Source: Phoronis australis
Taxonomy: Eukaryota; Animalia; Phoronida
Reading direction: 5' to 3'
Assembly: GCA_002633005.1 (NCBI GenBank)
Contig: NMRA01000024.1
Span: 769,786 to 833,785 of the forward strand
DNA length: 64,000 bases
Under the pieces are notes generated by a model. It was not told where the DNA came from. It was given only the letters and a program-made list of their open reading frames with translations, and ran no database searches. Positions 1 to 13,400 of the stretch are shown here, piece by piece. Every line of letters starts with the position of its first letter. Position 1 is the first letter of the stretch. A program made the position numbers and the translations under genes.

Positions 1-928
1 AAAATATTAACATGAATTTTATAGTTTAGCCAGGCTTAAGCATAACGTGTAGAAAATCTTCCGGTGCTCTGGTTGGATTAGAATGTCCTCGTCTGTCATC
101 TGACACATAGCACGGCCGAAGATGATAGATTGATAGATGCGTATATTTGTTTATACGTCAGGGACATTATACGAAACAATAGCCATGATAAGGTTGCAGT
201 TATTTTAAGTGCAAAATTTATTTTTGACGAGGTGAAAACTTCTTACTTGGTGGCTGCAATAGGTCTAATGCCCATTTAAAATACATTCATGGAGCTGAAA
301 TGCTTACGTCGCCCTCTGGAGGAGTATTGTAGCCCAATGCTGAACTAGTGCTAGGAGGAATTATGTTTTGTGTAGTATTGGTGTGACTGGGCTGGGGATA
401 GCAAAACAGCATGCAGTAGACGCAGCGAATCAAATTTATTGCAGCCTGGAGAAAAAAAATACAAAAGTAGTAAAAACTGTCCAAAACGTGTGCCTCAATT
501 TAATTAGGACATTTACTGCAGCAGCTTAACTGACATCATTTTAATAACATTTTTTCAAGTACTAAAGTAAGGAAAAACGAATTAAACACAAAACTAATTA
601 TGTAACTCCGACAACGCAGTAAAACATGACCGATCACACAATTTGCACAAAGACGGCAATGATGGTCAGTTTAATTGAATAATTTAAATACTGTACTAAA
701 TAAAGAATACAAATATTACAGAATTACATAAAAATCCATTACAAGTAGTACTGAGAAAAATAAATACAAAAACACTCATCAAATTGCTCTTTTGGGATGA
801 TTTTAGGAATAGCTAGCTGCAAGTTACAGATACTTGAGAGTCATGACATAAGTCAGTGTTTGCCCTACTCTTCCAAAAACTGGGGTCCAGTGGACCCACC
901 TTCCAATATTTTTGGGGTCCATGAAACT

Positions 929-1091
929 TACCGTAATTGTTCGGGTTAACGCCCTGGGCGGTTAAATTGGCGAATCCAAAAAATCGGGGGAGGGCCGTTA
1001 ACCGAGCAGTGGGCGGTTAAATCGAAAATCCACTTAAAGTCGGGGATGGGCGGTTAACTGAGCATGGGCGTTAACCCGAACGATTACGGTA
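929..1091. mobile_element. MITE, Tc1/mariner-pogo type (TA-CCGTA...TACGG-TA)
   Basis: ~25-bp TIR taccgtaattgttcgggttaacgccc / gggcgttaacccgaacgattacggta with TA flanks. Related copies at 2373-2459, ~50750-50824 (partial) and ~58660-58766. Confidence 0.75.
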
Positions 1092-2372
1092 GTCCCGAAA
1101 TCTTTAAAAACACTCGCAGTGTGAGACAAGCTTTTATTTTTCATAATATTCGTCTGTTTTGACACCATTATTGTGATTGTGTTATTGAGTCTACCCCCTA
1201 TTGGACCAATTGTAACAGGATATTCTGGCCTACATTGTGATGACCTACTTACGGAGCAACGATGCCCGTATTTAGCTTTGAAAAATGAACCAATCTAGTG
1301 GTGTTGTTATGAATGAAAGGTACGTTATGGTAATCAAAGAAAAGAACTTGATGATATTCATTTGTTTTTAGTTTTATTTATCACAACTTTTGAACAAAAT
1401 TTTGCATCCAAGGTGGCGCACTCGTCCAATCAATTGGCATCTTTTACAGTTTGGTTGCGTCAAATGACACAAAACGCAGCTTCGGGCAAAGACTGTAAGT
1501 AGTCCATCAACACATTGTGAATTGTTCATTTCAAATCGTGAAATACAAGTCATTTACGGATTCTTACAAGCAGTGTTTGAACAGTTATTTGTTGTTGTGA
1601 GCTATTTAAAATCTTTTGCGTGTTATTTTTGGATAAATCAATCGGTGGGCGATCGTTAGAAGTTTTTTCACATGCCAAAAAAATTGCCTGCGAGTTGTTG
1701 CGTTTTGTGACAATTTTTGTATGGATTGGTTATGATTTGGCAATCCATAAGGACTGTTAAGAAAAATCTTTGAATGTGAAGGAGGAACAACCTTTCCAAA
1801 CATAAATACAATGAACAACAGGACACATAGTGAAATTAGAGAATTTGTCTCTCACCCAGTGACTTAGTAGTGAAGTGTGCTAGCAAAAACTAAACACCAA
1901 ACCAGTATCATGAGTTCAATCCCCAAAGTAAACATAATTTAGACATGATACATATCTAGGCTCTCGCTAGCTACTCGCCAGCTCGTCATTGACAAATTCT
2001 GAGCAACACTGGCGATGGTAGATCTAAGTCCATTCACCATCTTGGCAAATGCTTTCGCAACTTTACATTAAACATTAATTTCGGGAAACCTACTCGTGCT
2101 GCAAACGAACTTCGATTCAGAGTCCTAAAAATAGCAAGCAAATATTCCATTTGATGTCCGTCAGTCCCCCTGAAACCACTCTTTTACCACAACGAAACGT
2201 TCAACTGTGGGGGGAGGGGTCATCGCTCTTGGTAATGGTGATTTCTTGCGTGATCTCGTATAGTTGCTGCCACTTGTCGTCTGCAAGTGACAATGTCAAA
2301 ACAACGCACAAAGACCCAGTCTCTCAATATCTTCTTACACTCGCAGTGTGGTGTGAGACGCTCCAACAGTAT

Positions 2373-2459
2373 TACCGTACGCGTCCGGGTTACCACCCAG
2401 GGCGCTTAAATTGGTGGTCAGTAAGCCGAGCATGGGCGGTAACTCGGACGAGTACAGTA
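2373..2459. mobile_element. Short MITE of the same family as 929-1091
   Basis: taccgtacgcgtccgggttacc...ggtaactcggacgagtacagta imperfect TIRs, with a shared gagcatgggcg motif. Confidence 0.6.
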
Positions 2460-3935
2460 AATTACTTGAGGGATAAAACTGAAGTGGGTTGAGCTGTTTC
2501 AAACATGCTATTTGAACTCAAGGCTTAGATTTATTATTTTTAAATTGCATGAATCCTAATTCATGACGAACTTTACTTATTTTTGTCGTGTAAAATATTG
2601 TTTGAGACTTGACACTGACAGATTTTCTTTTCAAGGAGTAAAAAGTGCAGACGACGCCAGGAAGAACGAGTTCATTATCTATTTTTAAATCAAAATACGT
2701 CAAATGTCATACCTAGTCAGCTTGCTAAATGTCGCAAGTATAAATTTAAGTTATTGAGAGACTTGGATGCATTTGCATTTCGGCGGTGACTGAAAGAAAG
2801 CAAAAGGTAATTAAAATTAAATGTCAGTTCGTTTCTTAATGAGTTTTATGTTCACTACTCTGCACAATTTAGCTTTACTTTGCAAGCCACAAGTTATGTT
2901 AATGTTTTTGGATCTAAATGTCTTGCTCATCAAAATTTCCATGTGGTTGACGTACCCGTGCCGTAACCCAGGGATAGCGGGGAAGGCCTGCCCATTTTTT
3001 AAGGCCAACATCATTTAAATGTCCATGCTCGGGTATAGGGGGAACCTCTGCCCACACTCTTTAGGTCATAATAAAACACATAATGGCTGACATCCCCTCT
3101 CAACTTATTAGGTTGGTGTATGACCTTGGAATGTTAATCATTGTTTTTTTCTGAAGGCAGCTGTCTTTTCTTATAGTACATTATGAAAAGGATGTGTGCA
3201 TAACACGAACAATAAAAAGCTCGGTCCTTGTATCTGTATTTTTATCAATTGCGGGGGTTGGGAAAATAGAAAATATTTGGCTAATAATTTTTGAAAATGG
3301 CTAAAAGTTTTCAGATGCTTTAGCTATTTTAGCTAACACCTTTAAAAGTCTAGTGTGAGCCTAGAATATATTTTACAAAATTTCATTTGTTGTGTTATGA
3401 CATTGTCGTGCACAGCAGGTGTCTGAGCCTGTTGGCAGGAGCATATAGTACGTGTTGCTGGTGCTTAAAAGACTGTCATCAGTGGTGTCTTGAGTGAACT
3501 CGGTGTGTCTTAGTAGGTGACACTTCTACCCCTACAAAACTGTACAAATATACAGATTTGGAACAACGTGGGTAAAAAATTGGCCTAATTGATTCTGACG
3601 CAAAATTCACTCGCCTTTGAGTAGGCTACGGGCGTTAATGAAATTACCGTTCACTTTTTCAGTGTCAGCGATAAGTTAATCAAACGTGACAATTGACCAA
3701 TGGTCGCCTTGATTTGGTGGTCTCTGATTTTGAAAACCAGTTTCATCCACTTGCATAACAGGCAGCACATTTCTGAAACAATTCCTAACTGCACTTTGTT
3801 GAGCACTGCATGAAACGTAGTATCTTGAAGTTTCGTGTGAATCCGACCTGCCATTTCCGAGACATGGTGTTCCGAAGTTGGTTCAAACTGGAATTTTTCT
3901 AGGGTAACGTAAAAACTTTAAATCGTTATTTCCAG

Positions 3936-4135
3936 GTTGTTCAAAAAGACACGCTTCGTCACATTAAATACAAGACTCGGTTGGGTGGCAAGTTGCCCGT
4001 AGCTGATGTCATTGACCTGGTTGTTGTTGGCAATGGAGCCCCAGGTTGTCCCCATAGTGTCATGGTAACGACAAGCATGAACAGGTACCTGTTCAATTGT
4101 GGGGAGGGGACTCAGCGACTGGCTACGGAACACAA
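3936..4135 (+). CDS. ELAC2: Duplicate copy of the first identified ELAC2 coding exon (VVQKDTLRH...TEHK)
   Basis: Near-identical to 4461-4660, with intact AG/GT sites. Lies in a 525-bp block (3651-4175) repeated at 4177-4700, the two separated by a single N; probably an uncollapsed second haplotype. Confidence 0.6.
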
Positions 4136-4460
4136 GTAAGTGATCAGGTTACTTATGGGAAAAATTGTTCGGTTCNTCACTTTTTCAGTGTCAGCGATAA
4201 GTTAATCAAACGTGACAATTGACCAATGGTCACCTTGATTTGGTGGTCTCTGATTTTGAAAACCAGTTTCATCCACGTGCATAACAGGCAGCACATTCCT
4301 GAAACAATTCCTAACTGCACTTCGTTGAGCACTGCATGAAACGTAGTATCTTGAAGTTTCGTGTGAATCCGAATGCCATTTCCGAGACATGGTGTTCCGA
4401 AGTTGGTCCAAACTGGAATTTTTCTAGGGTAACGTAAAAACTTCAAATCGTTATTTCCAG

Positions 4461-7400
4461 GTTGCTCAAAAAGACACGCTTCGTCACATTAAATACAAGA
4501 CTCGGTTGGGTGGCAAGTTGCCCGTAGCTGATGTCATTGACCTCGTTGTTGTTGGCAATGGAGCCCCAGGTTGTCCCCATAGTGTCATGGTAACGACAAG
4601 CATGAACAGGTACCTGTTCAACTGTGGGGAGGGGACTCAGCGACTGGCTACGGAACACAAGTAAGTGATCAGGTTACTTATGGGAAAAATTGTTCGGTTC
4701 CAGACAGAACATTGTAAAATTGAGTTTTTCTTAAATGTCATACCCCGTAACACCGGTAGAAAATCCTGGATATTGTCATGAAATGTCAAAAAACGAATCA
4801 TTTCCCATTAAATTCGTGTAAAATAACCAGCATAATGTCACAATGTGCTGTCATATTCCCGAATACTGTCATTAAAAAATGTACGAATTTCAAATTGATT
4901 CCCATTCACTTATTAGCACGTGTACCTTTATTTTTTGGTATAAAACTAAGTTAACCTAATTCATCTTAAATTAATTTGCCTTTTCGGATCTCGGTGTGGG
5001 GGGTAAAATCAATTGTTTCGTCAAAAAACGAATCATTTCCCATTAAGCTCATGTAAAATAACCCAGGCCTGTTAATGTCACATTGTATCCTCATATTCCC
5101 AGATACTCTCATTACAAAATCACCAAGATTGACTCTCACCTGCTTATTAACATAGATACCTACTGTTTTCTGTGTAAAAGCTAACCTAATTTATCTTGAT
5201 TCATTTACCTATCGGATCTCGTCGCTGGGGATGAATTCAGCCATTTCCTAGTTACCTATCTTACCAACACTCTTAGCAACTTACGATCAGTACCAAGTCG
5301 AAACCTTCTTAATGGCATATCTTGCTTGTTATCATGTAATTAACATGGATACCAAGGATATGACATTAATCAGGCTCCTCTGCGTTGCTAAAACTTCAAT
5401 TTTCTTCATTTGAAGGGTTGCTACTTTTCAACAAATGTTCAAAATTTTAAACAGACATTGTTTGCAACAGCTGTATTGTACCATCCACGTCGACAAAAGA
5501 CTAAAAGTTAGTTGTAAGTTATGAGAAGTTTGGTGGAATAAAATTCCATTTGTCCGCCAGTTTGTATCCTAAATTAGATCTTTTTTACCATAGAGTTGTC
5601 AAGTGCAGCAACAGTTAACTTGTTATTGATAAATGGCTGTATGAAGGTAAAAATAAAGATGTATATTACATTATTTATTAAAACTAGTTTTACTTATAAA
5701 TATGTCTAATAGGCATTTCACTCAAGAAAGCGGTCTCATAATACTCACTGTGATACGATTTTATCTAAAGTCACTTGAGTTGCAGACTTATTCAACAACA
5801 ATTCAAGATGGGATAAGCATGGCAGTGTTTTTAAACCCCAAAGCACTCTGATTAAGAATTCAACATTGACAGCTAAACAACAGTGACGTGACCTTTTAAC
5901 TTGTGGCGACCTTTTTATGTTGGAGCGCCATCTTTGGACTTCTAGTATGTCAAATTTTGTATACCAGTCAGTGTTTGTATCAAGGAAAGAAACAACAATT
6001 TGAAAAAATATCCATTTTTCAGTTTTCAATGGACTACACAATTCAAAATTCTAATTGTTTTCTATTACCTGGGTACGGTAAATCTGTAAACGTACCTGGA
6101 AGTAATTTATTTGTGAGCGCAAAAAAATCTGCCCTAAAACGTCATGTACAGGCTGGTCCAAAAAGCTGTGCTGTCCTATATGATTCATACTCGTGTCAAG
6201 TGAATCTCTTTATCTCCTGAGCATGATGTGTAAACACCCTGAAAAATGTGGAGGAAATGTTGCAAAACACTCATTTCAGATGAAATGCAGTAAAATGCTT
6301 TTTAACCGCCCTATAGATGCTGGTGATACTGATAACAGTGTTCACCTCAGAAAATTCTTTAGCAGGAATTGCTCAGTTTATGCACTTGATGGGAAGTCTT
6401 TGTTCAGACTCTGATGGTGGAATTCAAGGTTTGATATCTACATGTACACTAAACTGATGTCGGTAGATGCCCTCATGTGCTTAAAACCACGCACAGCATT
6501 AATGATAAAAGGTTTTGTTTTAGTCCATTTTTTAGGATGAAACCCCTTATAGACTCTCTAATACAATAAATTTGTGTCTAATTTTGTAAGCTATGGATGG
6601 AGCGAACTTCACCAATTGCTTGTGCAGTTTGATTAGTCGACTCAAACTTGATTTGTCACAGTTTGAGGTTTACACTTGGGTTATGACATAATTATCACTG
6701 GGTTGGCGTTAACAGTTCACTTTTCTCCCATGAGTTCTAACTTTTCATGGTGGAGGTGAGTCAAGTTGTCATCATTATGGCAAAATTCAAACTTGTTACT
6801 GTGAGCCGTAACAAGTTTTCAAAAACAATAGTGACGTGGTGCAATTAAATTTACAGTATGATAAATAATGTGTGGGAAAGTGGTTGAGAAATACAATACT
6901 TGTACTTTATGACATTCCAGGTTGAAAATAGCCAGGCTGGGTAATGTGTTCATAACTCACAAGTCATGGCAGAACATAGGAGGACTTCCTGGTAAGATAT
7001 GTCAGTCATCTGTGTAGGCTGTCCAATCACAGTTGAGCACTCTGTGTGCATGCTGGGAACATGACCAATCACACTTGAACACTATGAGTGCATATTGGGA
7101 TCATGACCAATCACAGTTGACCTCTTAAAGGGCATGTGGGGATCATGACCAATCACAATTGAGTACTCTGAGTGCCTGTTGGGAATATGTCAAGTCAGAA
7201 TATTGAGCAGTATAAGTACATTCTAAAAGCATTTGTGTTGACTTCGCAGAATATTTTTACTGTATGCTAGAAGCTTGTCATAGGCTGTCCAATTAGTGTT
7301 ACGAGTGTCGTTGGAAATGTAATTATCATGAAATAACTGTTAATTAGTGATGATGGAAAGTTTCTAATTTTTATGAAAATTGCTCATATTCCATTTTGCA

Positions 7401-10400
7401 AAATTGTTTAGTCAGCACGTGGAAAATATCTATTTTAATTATCAAAATTGCCAGTACATGACATTATACAATTTGGTTCAAAAACAGTGAGCCATCCTTG
7501 TCTCTTGTTTTAGATAACAAATCAATTACATCTTTGAATTCTCACTCAGTTATCCAACTGTACATAAAAAATACTACTAATTCACAAGCCAGGTATTTCA
7601 TTTACAGTACCGCTGTTGTTTATCAAATGCAGACTGTGGGGCTTGTCGGCTTGTAAACATCTGGTGATATCACAAACAACTTGCTATGCGTAACCTGATT
7701 ATTAATTGGTGGTGAGATTTACTTAAGCGTGATCGGATGACACATGTCTTGAGAATTTTTTATTCCGAAGATTGGCAAATCTTTTTTGCGTAGATTTAAT
7801 GACATTTCGAAGCTCGTTTTCAGTCTTTTATTTTTGTGTAACTGTTGCTTAGTCGTACCGGCACCAAAAGGCTTGTTGCAGTGAACGCGTGCTTTCAATG
7901 ATGATACAGTCAAGTTGCAAGCCATGTTGTTTTCCTTCACTGTTTACATTTCATCAAGTTATCTAAGATGCCACTGTTTACGAGCAGACAACTGTTGAGC
8001 TATAACCTGATATCAGCACAGCTACTTGAGATCATTTTGACTAAGTACTTACGCAAAATTAGGTTTCCTGGTTTATGGCGGTTTTAAAAGTGCACCGTAT
8101 TGTCCTTCAAAAGAGCATGCCTTTTTAAAAGTACATCGCTTTAAAGACGCTCGTTTGTAAATGAAAGCACATTTCCATGTGTACTTTAAAATAGTTATGA
8201 GCCCACCTAGGTTAAAGTGAACCAAGTTTTGGTTAAGAGCGCTTGCCGTTGCAAAACTGGTGTCAACTCGTTCACTATCAGATTACGGTTAAAATTTGGG
8301 ACCGAAATAATTGCTAAACTCACCATATTTCTATTTTTCAAAGGCTTACCACAATGTTGCAAATGCTCTAAAATTTACCAAGTGCTGTTTAGTAATAGCT
8401 ACAACATATGATCCATGCTGAAAGCAAAGTAAATTTTCTTGAAAAGTGATTTTGTTGAGAGATTTGACAAAATGAAAATTCAACTTTCTGTCACATCACG
8501 TCCCAAACTGAAGAATTTTTACTGTAGAGGGTGATTTTTTGTTTTAGAAAGTCAAAGAACTAATGATTTGTTATTGCTTGTCACCAAGCTTGCTGTATCA
8601 TCAACTCATCGCAACATACTGGTTTCGATGCCAAGCACTTACAATCTGTACAGTCCTCGTCAACAAAAACTTCAAATTCGAAAGGAATAACAAAATTCAC
8701 AATTCAAAGTCCACGTCTATACTGTGGATAGTTTTTAATTGTTTGGAATGGGTACACTGTCCCGTTTTGCTGAAGAAATGGCCCGTGTCCCATGAGTTCA
8801 GTCGCGTTGCATTTATTTTCAAACTCGACACAGGTGAGCCAGACTCATTGTGGTAAAATCAAAGCTGGTCGCTGCAATGAGTCACTGTAATTCCGGAAAC
8901 CACTTCGAATAAAAAGTTGAGACCAGGGGCCCATTCGAACAAAATTGACTTATCTAAGACAAATCTTAAATTTATAGTAAATTTTAAAGTAAAACTTAAA
9001 TTTTTCTTGAGACCGTTTCAAGAGATCTGAAGTTTGATTGACGTTTTTGATATAAGTTTTGCCTTAATTTTGACTATCTTACCGGATGTGGAAGGAACTT
9101 TAGTCAGTTTCTTGGAAAGGGCTCCAAGTGGTTAGTGGTCTTCGTCAAATTTTTCACCTTTGAGTTCTGTTTATTTCAAAGATGGGATGATTGGCCTTTT
9201 TTCGACATGACTTGCAGCTGTATTGTATAACAGCTATGGTCACCTGGGTGGCATTCAGTAGATAATTTTTTGTGAGAAAATCAAGATCACACAAGGTCAC
9301 CTAAAATCAAGCGAGTGAAAGGCGAGTTTTTCCCAAGAATGTTATAGACTTTACTGGCATAACCTAGTAAAATGGCGGTCACTGAGACGACCGTTCGGTG
9401 AGGTTGGGATGAGCGATTTGTTCACTTCTTTGACCGTCTGTTTTGTCTCAAGATTGTCTTCTGCACTGATGAATTTGAAGTCATGTTCTTATGAGCCTCT
9501 CAGCAGGTGGCGGTGTGGTCTGTGCATGCTGTGCTAGGACCCACAGTTCCAGTAGTAGAAGTTTATCTTGCTTATTTTGCTTGAATTTCTTAACTAATCT
9601 TGTTCATTATTTTGCCGCTATGCCATTTACTACTTTCTATTTGTTTCCAAATATTTTGTCATTGAAGTTGCAAGAACTCTGTGCCTTCTGTCAAGAAGCT
9701 ACCTCAGGATTATATTTTTGATTGATCACTTATGATTATAAAATGGTGTTAATTAATCGATTTCTGGGCTTGAGAGGTGCATAAAATAATCTTCGTTGTT
9801 AAGGCAATTTTTCGAGCCTGGTTTTGTGTACAGTACAAACCAAATAAAGTGACCCGTTAACTTCTGCCGTATCGACTGAACGCAAGCGGAATTCTACATC
9901 ATGAGGGTTGATTGCAAGCGGAATTAGCCATCATGGTCGTCATCCATCATTACTAGAAGATTACTGGAAAGTTAACAAAGCGTAAAGACTGTTGTTGACT
10001 ATCCTTCTAGTTGGGATCTAATGAAGCATGAATGGACTTCGTTATAACCAATAAAGCCTGCTTCGAACAATGACGTATGATGTACGCTCGCCTAATTGGG
10101 TCACCGCCTGTCATCACACTACAGAGTTGTGTTTCTATTAGTATTGCATTTGGCAGTACAAATGAGTATTTAGATTTGACTCTGGCTGTGCTCTTACAAT
10201 GCAATGGCAAAACGAGGAGTTATTCTACACAGGTATTACAGTGGAGTCCACCTAGTGTCATGCCCTCGGTTTCGACGTAAATTATGATAATAAACGGGAT
10301 ATTCCATTAAAAGGGGTTCTACTTGGCAAAGATTGTAACAATTCTTATATGTGGAGTATCTCAGGGTAAGACAGGTAAACGAAACAACTGATTTAACCTC

Positions 10401-13400
10401 CAGCTCCAAGATCCAATAAGTTAAATTTATTTAAGATGAATTAGTTTTATACCAAAAAGTGAAGGTACACAATGCTAATGGATGGGAATGAATTTTGTTG
10501 ATGTTTTATGACGAATTTTCGGGAATATGACAATAAATTGTGACGTTATGCTGGTTATTTTACGTGGATTTAATGGGAAAGGATTCGGTTTTGACATTAA
10601 ATGACAGCATCCACGATATTCTATTACTCCATCAGAAAACTACAACAAAAGACAATATACTGTTATTTACGATAATTGTTGAGGAAATAATTCTAGACAA
10701 GATGCCCCTTAGTGTGTTATACACTAGAACTAGGTCAACGTTTGGGCATACTTAATGGGCTGTTGTGGTGGTGTCCATGGAAGATTGCATGGTGATGTAA
10801 TTTCCATTCAGAATGAGCCAGAAAAAATCAACACGATCACAACGGGGAAACGGTATTCTGTTTGTTTTCTTTTTTGCACATATGGCGCACTGTATTCTCC
10901 AGTTGTCAGGTCTTGGCAATCCCAGGAATCCCTTCTAATCTTAGTAACAAAGATGTTGACACCACTTTCGTAATGACAAATGGCCCAAGTTTTTTTCTCA
11001 GGATTTGGATTTAAAAGGTGTTCATTTATTAAATGTCTGTATTTCTGTCTTCATTTAAATTCACCATTTTTTGTCCTATACCCGATACAGGCATGGCGTT
11101 GACTCTGCAAGCCAGCAATGTACCTGATTTGTCACTGCACGGACCTCCGAATGTGGTAAGATAACTTTGTGTTCAAGAAATCATTACTTGAACTTTGAAT
11201 CTACTCAGAATTATGAAGTAGGGTTAGATGTTTGCTTCTTAACTAGCCAAATCAAATCATTGAACCAAACTGCTCTGATTGTTCTTGCTGTCATTGTGAA
11301 AATTGCTGCAAATTTCCATAATTTAGTCATTTTTTGGTGTTTTGCTTGAACTTGAGTTTGAATGGTAGAACTGAACTTAGTTCTCTGTTCATTGTCACAG
11401 TGAGTAATTTCCTAAGTGAGGTCTAAATACCATAATTTTGTTTTTTCTGTGAACGTCTTATTAAGTCATAAATCAATATAGTTCAGCAACAGTTCTTTGT
11501 TACCACAAACTGGAGTAAAATTAGATAATTTTTATTATTTGTTTCCATGATAGCAAGCAGCAACGTGTATTAATAAATTAAAAACAACAACGGCTTTAAA
11601 CCGGCTTGACATGTTTCGGCATTTATTGAAACACCATCATCAGAAGAAAAAAAAAACAGTGGCCACCTTGCTAGGCCCAGCTACAAGTAATGAAGCACAG
11701 ACACAGTCAGTTACAGGGAGCAACAATAGACTAGACTAACGATGACAACATGTGGTGTGTCAGTTTCTTATTGAGGCATGGCTTGTACCACCTGGTGTGT
11801 AGAGCCTCAAGAATTTTAAGCTCCTTTGTTGTTTCTGCATAGTCTATTATAACAAAGACATTGGAAAAGCATTGCTCATAACAATGATTGGATCTCTGCA
11901 GTGAACTTGCGTCTGAATTTAGATGTTCCTTGATGATGGTGTTTCAATAAACGCGGAAACAGTCAAGCCGGTTTAAATCCGTTGTTGTTTTTATTATTAT
12001 TTATTTGTTTGTCATGTTTATTGGCAGTTGACTTCACAACTGTAAACCTGGTAATCAAAAACTACAGAGAATACGAGCGAGTGTCTGAGAAGTAATACAT
12101 CAGAAAATAAGTCATGTTTTTAATCAAATTTGTGTTGTCAGAAATTTTCTTGTCTTCCGTTGAATTCCTTAAAATGCCACGTAGAGCACATCCTGTATAG
12201 TCAGTCTCCACGGCCGTAGCTTTGCGGTTTGCAATACAATCTTTGCATCACATGGGATGCACCACTTGCACCCATAATTTTGAGAACTTATCAAAACACC
12301 AAACTTGGATTTGTATTTGATACCAATATCAATATCAATATCAAAGAAGTATCAATATCGAGAGAGCAGTGTCAGTGCTGTGCTGCTAGTAATTTTACAC
12401 TTGTCACACAATGTGGCGGACAAGTGGAAATTTATTTTTTCTAATTTCTACACAAAAATCCAAATTAAGGTTAATATAGTCTGTTATTAACGCATATTTT
12501 ATAGCTTTAATGTCACAAAACTGCATTTGATAAACTTCTCATTATGTGCAGTTAGGTAATCATCCTTGTGAAAAGAAATGAAAATGACAATTTTGGCAAT
12601 TATTTTTCATGCAAAATTAGTGAACAATTACCTTCGATACTACTCATTGATTTGAAATTATCCGTTTCAAATGGTTTTAAAGTTCTGATCATTCTCATGC
12701 AGATACTGAGTGTCATGCAAATTATGAGAACGAAACTTTAATTATTTCTTGATTAAAATAAATACAGTTGTGTTTTTCGTTGCAGGAGACTGTGATAACA
12801 AAAGCAAAAAACTTTTCAATGTTGACAACATTGAACGTCGGTAAGGAAGAAATATTTCCATCTACTGTTAAAAGATATACTGATTGTTATATGCTGTAAT
12901 TCAAAATTTGTTCTTTAAAACTTGTCATCTGTTTTGCAAAGAACACGAGTCACTTTGTGGAACTTATTTAAAGTGGTATTTACTGGCTTATCGCTGTGGC
13001 TATATATCTGGCTTCCGTTACATAAACATAATGTATCATTCAAACCACTTACTGATTACAAAATTGGTCTCAAATTGTTCCTTAGTGAAAACAGGAGTGT
13101 TTTCTGGGCTTGGAAAAAACTTGCGGTTTGTTGTTCAGTGTTCTCCACAAAAGAAAATTCAAGCTCAAATAGAATTATAAATTTAAGGAAAAAGTTTGAT
13201 AGTCCATGTCTGAACTGTGAGAATTTTTTGTGTTAAGTCTTGGAATAAATGCAGTGAAATGGTATCAAAAATCTTCAGGTGACTCATCTTCCATAAGTTC
13301 AAACAGTTCCACAGATTTTCAAACTCGATGTAAGTAAGCCAAACGCGTCATGAGAAAATTCAAACTCGACGTCGTGACAAGTTGAAACAGGCTGTGAAAA

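Noticed and set aside
4336-4460. ATG exon (MKRSILKFRV...FSR) joined in frame to ELAC2 by a 32-nt intron
   Set aside because: The intron is implausibly short for this long-intron genome, and the other copy has a 1-nt frameshifting indel in this stretch.
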